Shown piece after piece: positions 9,513-20,213 of a DNA stretch of 64,000 nucleotides. The notes under the pieces were generated by a model that was given only the letters and a program-made list of their open reading frames with translations, did not search any database and had not been told where the DNA came from. The translations under genes were made by a program, and so were the position numbers. Source of the DNA: Bacteroidota bacterium. GTDB lineage: Bacteria > Bacteroidota > Bacteroidia > UKL13-3. Position 1 is the stretch's first letter; every line of letters starts with the position of its first letter. The stretch spans positions 3,689-67,688 of the forward strand of contig JANYDU010000012.1 of NCBI GenBank assembly GCA_025359805.1, written 5' to 3'.

Positions 9513-9582
9513 ATAAATTGATTTTATGGCAAGTTATAGTTTTGATTATTTTTGTCAAAAAATAAAAGCTCAGGCTAAAAAT

Positions 9583-10359
9583 ATGCACGATAGAGAAAGA
9601 CCAAGTTTTGAAGATAGCAACAATGTAACAGTTCAACGTTGTTTTTTTGCGTACGAATTTGCAAAGGATTTTGTAGAAGGAAAAACTACTGCCGATATTG
9701 GTTGCGCTGACGGATATGGAACGCAATATTTAGCTGATTATACCTTAGCCACTATTGGTATTGATTATAGTGAAGTAACCGTGAGTGAAGCTAACAGAAA
9801 ACATGCACACAAAAAAAATCTAACATTCAAATCGGGAAGTGTGCCACCCATTCCTTTAGAAAGTGAAAGTGTGGAAGTGGTAACGGCATTTCAGTTTATT
9901 GAACACATACAAGATAGATTAGGTTTTATAAAAGAAGCATACAGAGTATTAAAACCTGGAGGAACATTTTTGTGCAGTACACCTAACGCAAAAATGAGCA
10001 TCGCGCGTAACCCTTTTCATGTGCATGAATACACTTTTGATGAAATGCAAAAGGAAATATCATCTGTATTTGAAAGCTATGAAATACAAGGTGTACAAGG
10101 TAATGAGATTGTAAACAAATATTATGAAGACAATGCCAAATGGGCAAAAAAAATATTACGCTTAGATCCTCTCGGAATTCATAAAATGATTCCTGCATCG
10201 TGGTTAGTTAAGCCGTATAATTTTTTAACATCATTGATGCGAAAAGAGTTAAAAGAAGAAAACACCGACACGTTAAATATTACTACTAAGGATTTTTATT
10301 TAACTAAAGATAGGTTAGATTTTACTTGGGATATTTTTGTAATTGCTAAAAAGAAATAG
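9583..10359 (+). CDS. Class I SAM-dependent methyltransferase
   Basis: DIGCADGYG, FQFIEH, RVLKPGG, STPN, NPFHVHEY. ATG 9583 preferred over 9526 because a TAGTTTTG -7 motif lies at 9537-9544. Confidence 0.88.
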   Translation: MHDRERPSFEDSNNVTVQRCFFAYEFAKDFVEGKTTADIGCADGYGTQYLADYTLATIGIDYSEVTVSEANRKHAHKKNLTFKSGSVPPIPLESESVEVVTAFQFIEHIQDRLGFIKEAYRVLKPGGTFLCSTPNAKMSIARNPFHVHEYTFDEMQKEISSVFESYEIQGVQGNEIVNKYYEDNAKWAKKILRLDPLGIHKMIPASWLVKPYNFLTSLMRKELKEENTDTLNITTKDFYLTKDRLDFTWDIFVIAKKK

Positions 10360-10367
10360 CATAATCA

Positions 10368-10769
10368 TTACCTATCTAAATATATTTTTAGCGGTTCCCA
10401 ATAAAATTCTTTCCAACCATTTGCAATAGATTCAGCCTTATGTTCAGGGATTCCTGTATGATAAAAATCTAATTGTGTTTTATTATTTTCTAACGGAGTA
10501 AAAATAAAAACCACTTCCGAGAAATGGTTTTCGGGCCAGCCTTCTTCTTCAGCTTTCCATGTTTGAACAATTTTTTTACCACGCTCCAACACTATATTCT
10601 TTCCTGAAATATACCCATCAAAAGCATCAAATAAAGTTCCTTCTTTATCTTCAATATTGGCTGCTCCACCCGTAAATGAACTGTGTATTCTGGAGTCCAT
10701 TATACATTTATACAAATCATTTGCATCGGTATTAAAAACTTCTGTTTGATGAATATCTTTTGTTTTCAT
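10368..10769 (-). CDS. SRPBCC/AHSA1-domain protein
   Basis: FDGYISG, KIVQTW, GWKEFYWEPLK. Confidence 0.88.
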   Translation of the reverse strand: MKTKDIHQTEVFNTDANDLYKCIMDSRIHSSFTGGAANIEDKEGTLFDAFDGYISGKNIVLERGKKIVQTWKAEEEGWPENHFSEVVFIFTPLENNKTQLDFYHTGIPEHKAESIANGWKEFYWEPLKIYLDR

Positions 10770-10795
10770 AATTCCTTATTGATGGTGTAAAAGTA

Positions 10796-10827
10796 AAAAA
10801 GCTACCTCAATATTGAGGTAGCTTTTT
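10796..10827 (-). terminator. Intrinsic terminator after the endonuclease gene
   Basis: Perfect palindrome AAAAAGCTACCTCAATATTGAGGTAGCTTTTT. Confidence 0.85.
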
Positions 10828-10849
10828 GAAATATTATTTTATAATAAAA

Positions 10850-13381
10850 CTAATTCACTAAAATTTTCTTCACTAAAGTTTGTCCATCACTATTTAATTT
10901 AATGATGTATAAACCTTGTGGTAAATGCAATGAAGCTGTATTGTTTGTTAACGTTCCAGTTTGAATTAATCTACCACGAGTATCCATCACATCAAAACTT
11001 ACTTTAGTTTTTTGTTGAGAAGTAAATTCAATTGTTACTTGTCCTTCACTTGGGTTTGGATAAACAGAAATATTTTTTTCTAAACTTACTTCATTTACAC
11101 CAACAGTTGAAGTCATTGTAAAATAATTTCCACTTACCGATGAAGTAGCAGATTTAGTATCTGTTAATTTAATTTTTGCTTTTGTTGATCTTAAATCATT
11201 ATTAGCCGATAGCCAACTATAACTTCCTGTTGAAGCTAATGTACGAGGGGTTATTACAGTAAATAGAGTATCGTTTAACCACAATTCAATTTTTGCCGAA
11301 TCAATATTACTACTTGTCCAAGTAATCGTATTTGTTGCTGTTGAACTCCAACTTTCGCCACCATTAGGTGCAGTTATAGTTATGCTTGGAGTTGGTGCTA
11401 CACCTGAAATATAAGTAAGGTTATTAAAGTTAATATAGTTAACCCAAGAAGGATTATCAATAAATGGATTGCGATTGTGTTGTATAGAATTTATATATTC
11501 ATGTCGTGCAATTTCCCACGCATCAGGTGGATCTTGAAGATGCCATTTTTTCAAAATGGTATCGTTTTGTTTTCCTCCGTTAATAGCCCCCAACGACCAG
11601 TTTTTTCCATTAACACCATTATAAGTAACAGCCATATAAAACAAAGCACGAGCTAAATCTCCTTTATGCTCATCACGAGGTTCCCAAACAGTGTTTCCTT
11701 TCGCATCAAGTCCTTTTTTGCCTAAACCTGTAGACGAAATATAAGTGGGAGTTCCAACTACTTCACCAAATGGATAATTAGAGCGTGGCGCATTTCCATT
11801 AATTTGATCGGCAGGAAATAAATGATGTTGATCATTGTACTCAGGAAGTTCTTTTCCATTAACGATATACCACGATGATCCACCTCCATTACTTGGCATC
11901 CAACTTTGTGCAAACGTATGTTCACGTGTAAGTGTTGCGGGGTTTCCTCCTGTACCTGTCCACCATGTAAATGGATCGTTGTAAACGTAAGGCAAAGTTG
12001 TGTAAACACAGTTCACTACTTTTTTTCCTCCTGTTGTATCACGAGTAATAAAATTGTTTACAATGGTGTTTGAATAATTACCATAAAAGATGGTATCGTG
12101 AACATTAATTTTATTGTGGAGATCAGTAATAAATGTTGATGCAGTTGCATTAATGCCAGTATAATAACTTCCAATATTACTCCCGGTTGTAGTCACATTT
12201 CCTGATAGTGGATTTCCTGTTAAATAATTTTCATATCCTGAAGGCCCATTAAACGCAAATACAGTAAAATAATAAGGGGTATTTGCGAAAAAATAAGTGG
12301 GTACAAAACTGGTATCGGTACCAATATATGCTACCTGAGCACTACCAATATAATCTCCACGCATATAGGTTTGTCCATCCGCAGGAATCTCTGTTATGGC
12401 TGAACCTTTTTTGCGCAGCACAATATATTTTTCGGGTTTGGTTGATGCATTTTTAAAGGACACTTTAAAACCGTATGCTTTTAAATTTGTAAACGAAAGA
12501 TTGGTAGGTTGAACACTTGGTTCGGTTGCATAACTTCCACCAATGCCATACAAGTTTATCACAAATGGATTTTTTGCAGTATCTCCATTTACTAAACTAA
12601 GTGATGCCATTTTAGAGCCATTTCCGGTTGGATTAAAGTATATCCTAAAAGTATCACTACTGTTTGGTGCAATTGATGTAGGCATTGTTGGAATGGTATA
12701 ATCAGAGGCATTAGTACCCGAAATTGTTTTTGTTCCGATAGTAAGTGCCTGTGCTGTTCCTTTATTTTCGATGGTAAAAAGTGTAGAAGTATTTTTTCCA
12801 ATCACAAAAGTATTTCCGTTTATTAAACTTGTTGTGCCTTGTTTAATATTAATTGAAGCATTTGGACTTGGTGGTGCTTGTAAAATCACCACACTATCTA
12901 TAGCTACATTACTTCCCGATTGTTTGTCAGTATAAAAAAATCTTATATATCTTGAAGATGAATTAACTATATCAACAAATCGAGTCATTGTTCCTGGAAT
13001 GGGTGAGGCAGTTGTAAAAGTTCTAACACTATTCCAGTTACTTCCATTAATAGATTCCTGAATTGTAAAAGTTCCTGTAAATGCTGGATTAGGTGATATA
13101 CCTGTACCCCTCATCCAATAACTCAATTGTCCTGGTTTATCAGCACACCAAATTTGTATATACTCACCTATTGAATCTAATCGACAAGAAACGCCATCAA
13201 CGCCAACAGAGTTCTGACTGCCAGAATAAGTAAGGTTTCCTGTTGTTCCTTGATTGAGTGTCCAACCATTTGGTGGAGTTGAAATTCCAGGATTAGAAAA
13301 ATCCCAAAAAGTTGGCAAAGTAGTTTGAGTATAGGCTGTTGATGTAATTAGCATCAGTAAAAGGTAAAATTGTTTTTTCAT
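10850..13381 (-). CDS. T9SS-secreted endonuclease I-family (His-Me finger) nuclease with Ig-like domains
   Basis: Signal peptide; REHTFAQSW, DQHHLFPA, RSNYPF, EPRDEHKGDLARALFYM, QHNRNPFID; C-terminal VYPNPS...GLYIIK...KKILV sorting domain. Confidence 0.9.
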   Translation of the reverse strand: MKKQFYLLLMLITSTAYTQTTLPTFWDFSNPGISTPPNGWTLNQGTTGNLTYSGSQNSVGVDGVSCRLDSIGEYIQIWCADKPGQLSYWMRGTGISPNPAFTGTFTIQESINGSNWNSVRTFTTASPIPGTMTRFVDIVNSSSRYIRFFYTDKQSGSNVAIDSVVILQAPPSPNASINIKQGTTSLINGNTFVIGKNTSTLFTIENKGTAQALTIGTKTISGTNASDYTIPTMPTSIAPNSSDTFRIYFNPTGNGSKMASLSLVNGDTAKNPFVINLYGIGGSYATEPSVQPTNLSFTNLKAYGFKVSFKNASTKPEKYIVLRKKGSAITEIPADGQTYMRGDYIGSAQVAYIGTDTSFVPTYFFANTPYYFTVFAFNGPSGYENYLTGNPLSGNVTTTGSNIGSYYTGINATASTFITDLHNKINVHDTIFYGNYSNTIVNNFITRDTTGGKKVVNCVYTTLPYVYNDPFTWWTGTGGNPATLTREHTFAQSWMPSNGGGSSWYIVNGKELPEYNDQHHLFPADQINGNAPRSNYPFGEVVGTPTYISSTGLGKKGLDAKGNTVWEPRDEHKGDLARALFYMAVTYNGVNGKNWSLGAINGGKQNDTILKKWHLQDPPDAWEIARHEYINSIQHNRNPFIDNPSWVNYINFNNLTYISGVAPTPSITITAPNGGESWSSTATNTITWTSSNIDSAKIELWLNDTLFTVITPRTLASTGSYSWLSANNDLRSTKAKIKLTDTKSATSSVSGNYFTMTSTVGVNEVSLEKNISVYPNPSEGQVTIEFTSQQKTKVSFDVMDTRGRLIQTGTLTNNTASLHLPQGLYIIKLNSDGQTLVKKILVN

Positions 13382-13523
13382 AATTTGTTTAGAAATAGCC
13401 TACAAGAATAAAGTAATTTGTTGATTATTATACTTTCAGTATATTAATTTTTTGTGAATCATTTGTGCTGTGAAATAGTAAATTATGTGCAAATTTGCCA
13501 CTCCAATTAATAGCATTCGTATC

Positions 13524-15791
13524 GTGACTGAACAAGTAAGCCAAAAACATTTAGCAACAGTTGAACAAGCCCAAAAATTAGGGCTTCGACCAGAAGAGTT
13601 TGAAAAAATAAAAGAAATTTTAGGACGTACACCCAACTTCACAGAGTTAAGTGTTTACTCAGTAATGTGGAGCGAACATTGTTCCTATAAAAATTCTATT
13701 GTGTGGTTAAAAACATTGCCTAAAGAAGGTGAAAAAATGTTGGCAAAAGCGGGTGAAGAAAATGCTGGATTAATTGATATTGGAGATGGATTGGCTTGTT
13801 GTTTTAAAATTGAAAGTCATAACCACCCGAGTGCATTAGAGCCATACCAAGGAGCAGCAACAGGTGTGGGTGGAATTAACCGTGATATTTTTTCGATGGG
13901 AGCAAGACCAATCGCTCAATTAAACTCTTTGCGTTTTGGAAATATCGAAAACGAACGTACAAAATGGTTGGTGCGTGGTGTGGTAAAAGGAATTGGAAAC
14001 TATGGTAACGCATTTGGAATTCCTACTGTTGGTGGCGAAGTTTATTTTGATGATTGCTATCGAGTAAATCCGCTTGTAAATGCCATGAGCGTGGGCATTG
14101 CGGAAGTTGGAAAAACAGTTTCGGCTATTAGTGAAGGACTCGGAAATCCAGTTTATATTTTTGGTTCGGCAACAGGAAAAGACGGAATTCATGGTGCTGC
14201 ATTTGCCTCAAAAGACATTACCGAAGACTCGGCAAAAGACCTTCCAAGTGTGCAAGTTGGAGATCCATTTTGGGAGAAATTAATTTTGGAAGCCAGCATG
14301 GAATTACTCAAAACAGATGCAGTGGTGGGTATGCAAGATATGGGTGCTGCAGGCATTACTTGCTCAACAAGTGAGATGAGTGCCAAAAGTGAAACAGGCA
14401 TGAAAGTGTGGTTAGATAAAGTTCCTATGCGCCAAGCCAACATGAAGGATTGGGAAATTTTATTGAGCGAAAGTCAAGAGCGAATGTTGGTAATTGTTCA
14501 TAAAGGGCATGAGAAAGAAGTTGAAAAGATTTTTGAAAAATGGGATTTAACATATGCCATTATTGGAGAAGTAACAGATACTAAACGAGTACAATATTAT
14601 ATGCACGATGAGTTGGTGGCCGATATTCCAGGAGAGAGTTTGGTACTTGGCGGTGGTGCTCCAGTTTATCATCGCGAATACACCGTTCCAAAATATTTTG
14701 AAGAAATAAAAAAGTTTGATATCAATAACATCTCAGATTTATCTTTTGATGAAAAAAATTCATCGAAGAAATCTGCGCAATCTGTGGCTAAACTTTTAGC
14801 ATCACACCCAAATATTTGTTCTCGTAAATGGGTATATAATCAATATGATTCGATGGTAGGAACCATCAACCAAACCACCAACGCACCAAGTGATGCAGCC
14901 GTTGTAAAAGTAAAAGGTACAAACAAATCTATTGCAATGACTACGGATTGTAATTCTCGTTACGTTCATGCCGACCCTTATACAGGTGCGATGATTGCGG
15001 TTGCAGAAGCTGCCAGAAATATTGTGTGTAGTGGAGGCGATCCTGCTGCAGTTACCAACTGTTTAAATTTTGGAAACCCATACAATACAGAAGTATATTA
15101 TCAATTTGTATATGCAATAAAAGGAATGAGCGAAGCATGTAAAAAATTTGATACGCCCGTTACTGGAGGCAACGTAAGTTTTTACAATCAGAGCAGTGAT
15201 AATGATGCTGTTTTTCCAACACCCACAATTGGAATGGTTGGATTATTATTGAATGGAAAAAAACACATGACGCTTGATTTTAAAAATGCAGGTGATGTAG
15301 TTTATTTAATTGGAGAAAGCAGAAACGATATTTCATCGTCTCAATATTTAGTATCTCAACATCAGGTGCAATTATCTCCGGCTCCATACTTTAATTTGGA
15401 TGAAGAATACAATATGCAACGTGCCATTTTAAAACTTATTGACGGCAACCTTATTCAATCAGCACATGATATAAGTGAAGGAGGATTATTTATTTCTTTA
15501 CTCGAAAGTGCAATGCCAAGAAATTTATCATTCAATATCTCGACTCCAATCGACAAGACAATTCGTAACGATGCTTTTTTGTTTGGAGAATCACAAGGTA
15601 GAGTTGTTGTTTCGGTGCAAAATGAAAAGAGTATAGCGGTTGAAGAGTTGTTACATAAAATGAATGTGAAATTTGAAAAACTTGGAACAGTTTCAAAAGA
15701 TAATATCAACATAAATGATGTAGATTTTGGTTCAATAAGTGAGTATAAAAATTTGCATGAAAACGCATTAGGAAATATCTTAAACTCATAA
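13524..15791 (+). CDS. purL: Phosphoribosylformylglycinamidine synthase subunit PurL
   Basis: [48 protein letters not shown]; start set to GTG 13524. Confidence 0.97.
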   Translation: MTEQVSQKHLATVEQAQKLGLRPEEFEKIKEILGRTPNFTELSVYSVMWSEHCSYKNSIVWLKTLPKEGEKMLAKAGEENAGLIDIGDGLACCFKIESHNHPSALEPYQGAATGVGGINRDIFSMGARPIAQLNSLRFGNIENERTKWLVRGVVKGIGNYGNAFGIPTVGGEVYFDDCYRVNPLVNAMSVGIAEVGKTVSAISEGLGNPVYIFGSATGKDGIHGAAFASKDITEDSAKDLPSVQVGDPFWEKLILEASMELLKTDAVVGMQDMGAAGITCSTSEMSAKSETGMKVWLDKVPMRQANMKDWEILLSESQERMLVIVHKGHEKEVEKIFEKWDLTYAIIGEVTDTKRVQYYMHDELVADIPGESLVLGGGAPVYHREYTVPKYFEEIKKFDINNISDLSFDEKNSSKKSAQSVAKLLASHPNICSRKWVYNQYDSMVGTINQTTNAPSDAAVVKVKGTNKSIAMTTDCNSRYVHADPYTGAMIAVAEAARNIVCSGGDPAAVTNCLNFGNPYNTEVYYQFVYAIKGMSEACKKFDTPVTGGNVSFYNQSSDNDAVFPTPTIGMVGLLLNGKKHMTLDFKNAGDVVYLIGESRNDISSSQYLVSQHQVQLSPAPYFNLDEEYNMQRAILKLIDGNLIQSAHDISEGGLFISLLESAMPRNLSFNISTPIDKTIRNDAFLFGESQGRVVVSVQNEKSIAVEELLHKMNVKFEKLGTVSKDNININDVDFGSISEYKNLHENALGNILNS

Positions 15792-15834
15792 AACATTATT
15801 GTTTAAATTTTAATATCATCAATACAAAATAATA

Positions 15835-16662
15835 ATGGCTCTTGATCAACTAGAAGATGAATTAAACAGCTCGACAGAAATGAGTTTCTTCGATCATATT
15901 GATGCGCTTAGAGGACATTTATTTCGTTCGGCAATTGCAATTATTTTAATGGCTGTTGTGGCTTTTGTGAACAAACATATTTTGTTTGATGTGATTATTT
16001 TTGGACCCACACGATTGGATTTTTGGAGTTATGAATTGCTCTGCAAACTTTCATTTTGGGTTACAGGAACTAATGAATATTGCATTACCGATATGGGTTT
16101 TGTATTATCCAATATCAACATGTCGGGGCAGTTTACCGAACACATTTTTGTAGCATTTATCTCTGGAGTTATTCTTGCATTTCCTTATGTATTGTGGGAG
16201 TTTTGGCGATTTATCAAACCAGCACTTTCACAAAAAGAAACCAACTACGCAAAAGGAATTGTTTTTTTTAGCTCCATGCTTTTCTTTATCGGAATTTTAT
16301 TTGGGTATTATTTTTTAGCACCACTCTCCATCAATTTTTTAGGCTCTTATCGAGTGAGTGATATGGTGAGCAATGAAATAAATTTAGAGTCATATATTTC
16401 ATTTATCTCTACGTTAACTTTTGCAACAGGTCTTGTTTTTGAGATGCCTATTTTGGTTTATTTTTTAGCTAAAATTGGAATTATTGGAAGCAATTGGATG
16501 CGTAAAAATAGAAGGTATGCAATTGTTGTGATTCTTATTCTTTCGGGAGTATTAACCCCATCACCAGATATTGCCAGCCAAGTATTAATGTTTATTCCGC
16601 TTTATAGTTTGTATGAGCTGAGTATTTTTGTTGCACAACGAGTAGAGAAAAATAAAATATGA
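15835..16662 (+). CDS. tatC: Twin-arginine translocase subunit TatC
   Basis: MSFFDHIDALR, WRFIKPAL, FEMP, RRYAIV, TPSPD, LYELSI. Confidence 0.96.
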   Translation: MALDQLEDELNSSTEMSFFDHIDALRGHLFRSAIAIILMAVVAFVNKHILFDVIIFGPTRLDFWSYELLCKLSFWVTGTNEYCITDMGFVLSNINMSGQFTEHIFVAFISGVILAFPYVLWEFWRFIKPALSQKETNYAKGIVFFSSMLFFIGILFGYYFLAPLSINFLGSYRVSDMVSNEINLESYISFISTLTFATGLVFEMPILVYFLAKIGIIGSNWMRKNRRYAIVVILILSGVLTPSPDIASQVLMFIPLYSLYELSIFVAQRVEKNKI

Positions 16663-17087
16663 AAATAGCTATAGGTGGCGATCATGCAGGATTTGCCTAC
16701 AAAGAAGAAATAAAAAAAATGCTTTCAGAACAAGGTTATGAAGTAAAAGATTTTGGACCTTTTAATGAAGCTTCGGTTGACTATCCTGATTTTGCACACC
16801 CTGTTGCAACTTCAGTTGAAAACAATGAAACTGATTTTGGAATATTAATTTGTGGAAGTGGAAATGGTGTTGCCATCACTGCAAATAAACATCAAGGAAT
16901 TCGTGCAGCACTTTGTTGGACAGAAGAATTAGGCTCGTTGGCAAGGCAACACAATAATGCAAATGTTTTATGCTTACCTGCTCGTTTTATTGATTTAGAC
17001 TTGGCAAAAAAAATCACAACAATATTTTTGAAAACAGATTTTGAGGGTGGTCGACATGCAAATCGGGTAAACAAAATTGCCTGTTAA
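16659..17087 (+). CDS. rpiB: Ribose 5-phosphate isomerase B
   Basis: GDHAG, VDYPD, ICGSGNG, ARQHNNAN, FEGGRH. Confidence 0.97.
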   Translation: MKIAIGGDHAGFAYKEEIKKMLSEQGYEVKDFGPFNEASVDYPDFAHPVATSVENNETDFGILICGSGNGVAITANKHQGIRAALCWTEELGSLARQHNNANVLCLPARFIDLDLAKKITTIFLKTDFEGGRHANRVNKIAC

Positions 17088-17090
17088 TTA

Positions 17091-17990
17091 ATGGATAATA
17101 TTATTCAAAAATTGCAGCAAGGAGATAAGCGGGCATTAGCTCGATGTATTTCTTTGGTTGAAAATGAAACCAAAGGTTATGAGGAATTATTACTACAATT
17201 ATCGTTTAATAAACACATTCCTATAACCGGAATTACAGGTCCTCCAGGCGCTGGAAAAAGTACATTGATTAGTGCCATTGCAAAACATTTTGTTGAACAA
17301 AATAAAACGTTGGCCATCATTGCAGTTGATCCAAGTTCGCCATTTAATCATGGAGCATTAATGGGTGATAGGTTGCGTATGAGCGAACACTTTTTGCATC
17401 CCAATGTTTTTATTAGAAGCATGGCAACTCGAAGAAGTTTAGGTGGTTTGGCTCCGAAAATTTTTGAGGTAGCTGATATTTTTCGTGCAGCGAATGTGGA
17501 TCATATTATTATTGAAACCGTTGGTGTTGGGCAAAGTGAAGTAGAGATAGCAGCACTTGCTGATACTACAATTTTAGCTTTAGTTCCTGAAGCGGGTGAT
17601 GAAATTCAAACGATAAAAAGCGGTGTGATGGAGATTGCTGATATTTATGTATTGAATAAATCGGATAGGGATGGCGCAGATATTTTTTATAAAAACTTAC
17701 AACTACTTTCTCATTCCAATATTCGTGATGGTTGGGAAATTCCAGTGGTAAAAACGGTAGCTACAAAAAATGAAGGAATTGATGAGTTAATGAATGCTAT
17801 TGAAAAGCATGTTCATACTTCGCATAACGGAAATAAAAAAATTCATTTACTTGCCGAAAAGGCAATGGTGTTGATTCGAAGCCTTAGAACAAGAGACATT
17901 GACTTTACGCAAATTGAAAACGAATTGAAGGAAAAGACGAAAGACGAAAACTTTAATTTGTATCGATATGTTAAAAAATATATTATGTAG
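17091..17990 (+). CDS. meaB: MeaB/ArgK GTPase (methylmalonyl-CoA mutase chaperone family)
   Basis: GITGPPGAGKST, VDPSSP, GDRLRM, ETVGVGQSE, NKSD. Confidence 0.92.
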   Translation: MDNIIQKLQQGDKRALARCISLVENETKGYEELLLQLSFNKHIPITGITGPPGAGKSTLISAIAKHFVEQNKTLAIIAVDPSSPFNHGALMGDRLRMSEHFLHPNVFIRSMATRRSLGGLAPKIFEVADIFRAANVDHIIIETVGVGQSEVEIAALADTTILALVPEAGDEIQTIKSGVMEIADIYVLNKSDRDGADIFYKNLQLLSHSNIRDGWEIPVVKTVATKNEGIDELMNAIEKHVHTSHNGNKKIHLLAEKAMVLIRSLRTRDIDFTQIENELKEKTKDENFNLYRYVKKYIM

Positions 17991-18013
17991 AGGTGTATCG
18001 CATACGTATCAAT
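17987..18013 (+). repeat. Degenerate GTAG-type REP-like hairpin
   Basis: GTAG foot followed by imperfect stem GAGGTGTAT-cgc-ATACGTATC; single copy in the window. Confidence 0.35.
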
Positions 18014-18029
18014 AGTTAAAAAAATAAAA

Positions 18030-18602
18030 ATGAATATCTGCATTATATCAGGTTCGGCAAGGGCTAATAATAATACCATTAGAGTGGGTTATGCATTACA
18101 ACGGCTATTAAAAAATGAGCATCAAGTTACGGTAATTGATTTTCAGCAATATGATATTCCATTAATCAATCAAGCAGAAATTTCATTAGATAACCTCTCA
18201 TCATTTCAAAAAAACTTAGTGGATGGAATGAGTAATGCACAAATTGTTTTTCTCATTTCGCCCGAGTATAATTATACCACAACTCCCGAAATTTTAAATA
18301 TGCTTCATCGTTTGGGTGATAGAAATTTTAAGCATCTTTTTGATGAAAAAGTGTTTGCATTGGTTGGTGTATCAACAGGCAAAGGAGGAAAAATTCCGGC
18401 TCTTCATCTCACTACCATCTTAAATAAAATTATCAGTTATCTCCATTTAAATTCATTTGTTTCATCCAAAATATTTGAATCACATTTTACCAAAGAAGTA
18501 TTGGATGAAACAGGAAACTCATTAGGAAATAAAGAGTATGATAATGGAATGAATGATTTTTTAAACTTCACGTTGCGTATGGCAAATAGATGGATTAAAT
18601 AG
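18030..18602 (+). CDS. NAD(P)H-dependent FMN reductase (flavodoxin-like)
   Basis: IISGSAR, SPEYN, VGVSTGKGG. Confidence 0.88.
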   Translation: MNICIISGSARANNNTIRVGYALQRLLKNEHQVTVIDFQQYDIPLINQAEISLDNLSSFQKNLVDGMSNAQIVFLISPEYNYTTTPEILNMLHRLGDRNFKHLFDEKVFALVGVSTGKGGKIPALHLTTILNKIISYLHLNSFVSSKIFESHFTKEVLDETGNSLGNKEYDNGMNDFLNFTLRMANRWIK

Positions 18603-18667
18603 TCTTCGTAGATAAAAATTTTTATGAAATTCAAAAATGCGTACTTTCGCATCATAAAATAATAATT

Positions 18668-18997
18668 ATGAAGCAGCATATTGACGCTATCAAAAAAACA
18701 TTAGCAACCGAAGGCATTGGAGAAAAAGTAGTTGCACAACTAAAAGAACTTCGCGAATATTTTAAGGCAAACTTAAATGAGCCTGGTTATGTGAAAATTA
18801 TTCGTATGGCTTATGAGAATATTGAAGAAACAAACGACTACACGTTTTTGTATTTAGAAGAAGAAGACGGAAAAGTAAATCTTGATTACCTTGTTGATTT
18901 ACTAAGCGATTACCAAAACAAATATAATAAGGAAGAATTAATGGAGGTTCGCAATTTAATGGAAGGCATTGTGCCTGAAGTTGACGAAGAGGCTTAA
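18668..18997 (+). CDS. Hypothetical acidic protein
   Basis: 109-aa ORF with ATG start, followed by a terminator; no motif recognised. Confidence 0.7.
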   Translation: MKQHIDAIKKTLATEGIGEKVVAQLKELREYFKANLNEPGYVKIIRMAYENIEETNDYTFLYLEEEDGKVNLDYLVDLLSDYQNKYNKEELMEVRNLMEGIVPEVDEEA

Positions 18998-19017
18998 GAT
19001 ATTTTAACTTGTTGAAT

Positions 19018-19051
19018 AAAAAAGCCGAGTGCATTTTGCCTCGGCTTTTTT
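19018..19051. terminator. Bidirectional intrinsic terminator
   Basis: AAAAAAGCCGAG-tgcattttgc-CTCGGCTTTTTT between convergent genes. Confidence 0.88.
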
Positions 19052-19054
19052 AAT

Positions 19055-19630
19055 TTATTTTTTAACAGGAGTTGGTGGTGTTGAATTTGGAGTTGATGGA
19101 GCTTCTCCAATCAATAATTTTTTCTTAACCAATGAAAGTACATTTTCACCTTCAGGTTTATATAAAAGAGGTGAGCCTGGACTTGAGTCAAAAACATAAT
19201 AGAAGTTATTTTCTTTTGCAACCTCACCAATAGCTTTTTTAGCTTTTTCGATAATGGGCTTCAGTAATTCCTCTTCTTTTTTACGAACGTTTTGTTGCGC
19301 AGATTGCTGAAACTCTTGAACACGAGACTGCATATCACGTATTTCTTTTTCCTTAGCCTCTTTAACGGCTTCAATCATTTTAGGTCCGTTTTTTTGATAG
19401 TCTTCATATTTTTTTTCAAACTCTGAATTCATTTTTTTGAGTTCATCTTCAAGTTGTTTACCATATGATTCCATATCCATATTAGCCTTTTTGTACTCGG
19501 GCATTTGTTGCATCAAATCCTGAAAATCGATGTAACCTAATTTGTGTGCTTGCTGAGCTTTCACACCTGTAAATCCTAAACACACTAACGTAAACGCAGC
19601 TAATGTGATGTTAAAAATTGTTTTCTTCAT
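19055..19630 (-). CDS. skp: OmpH/Skp periplasmic chaperone
   Basis: Signal peptide, KLGYID..LMQQMPEY, coiled coil, YVFD; downstream of bamA. Confidence 0.92.
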   Translation of the reverse strand: MKKTIFNITLAAFTLVCLGFTGVKAQQAHKLGYIDFQDLMQQMPEYKKANMDMESYGKQLEDELKKMNSEFEKKYEDYQKNGPKMIEAVKEAKEKEIRDMQSRVQEFQQSAQQNVRKKEEELLKPIIEKAKKAIGEVAKENNFYYVFDSSPGSPLLYKPEGENVLSLVKKKLLIGEAPSTPNSTPPTPVKK

Positions 19631-19632
19631 TT

Positions 19633-20199
19633 TTACTTTTTGTTGTTAGTGTTATTATTATTTGTTTTAGTTTTATCTTTAGTAACAGCTATGCCAAGCT
19701 CGGTTAATACTTCATCACTTTTATCATACTTGGCATTTGTATATAGCATAATAAGCTCGCCTGATTTGGCAAATATAAAATCTAATGCGCTTTGTTTTGC
19801 AATTTTTTGAACGGCATCAAAAACCTTATCTTGAATGGGTTTTATTAGCTCTTGTCTTTTCTTAAAAAGTTGTCCTTCAAAACCAAATTTTTGATTGCGG
19901 AAATCACGAACTTCTTTTTCTTTATCTTTAATTTCCTGCTCACGTTTTTTACGAAGATCTTCTGTAAGCAAAACTTGCTCGGCCTGAAAATCTTTGTACA
20001 TTTTATCAATGGCTAATTGCTTTTTTTCAATTTCTTTTTGCCAATCTTCAGAAAGCTGATCGAGTTGTTTTTGTGCCGAACGATAATCGGGCATCATATC
20101 CAAAATATATTCCGTATCTACATAAGCAAATCGCTGCGCATAACTACAAAGCGATAATGTTAATGTGAAAAAAATAAAGAAGCTAATTTTTTTTATCAT
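19633..20199 (-). CDS. skp: OmpH/Skp periplasmic chaperone (second paralog)
   Basis: QRFAYVDTEYIL, FGFEGQLFKKRQELIKPIQD. Confidence 0.92.
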   Translation of the reverse strand: MIKKISFFIFFTLTLSLCSYAQRFAYVDTEYILDMMPDYRSAQKQLDQLSEDWQKEIEKKQLAIDKMYKDFQAEQVLLTEDLRKKREQEIKDKEKEVRDFRNQKFGFEGQLFKKRQELIKPIQDKVFDAVQKIAKQSALDFIFAKSGELIMLYTNAKYDKSDEVLTELGIAVTKDKTKTNNNNTNNKK

Positions 20200-20213
20200 A
20201 ACGTGTAGCTTAA

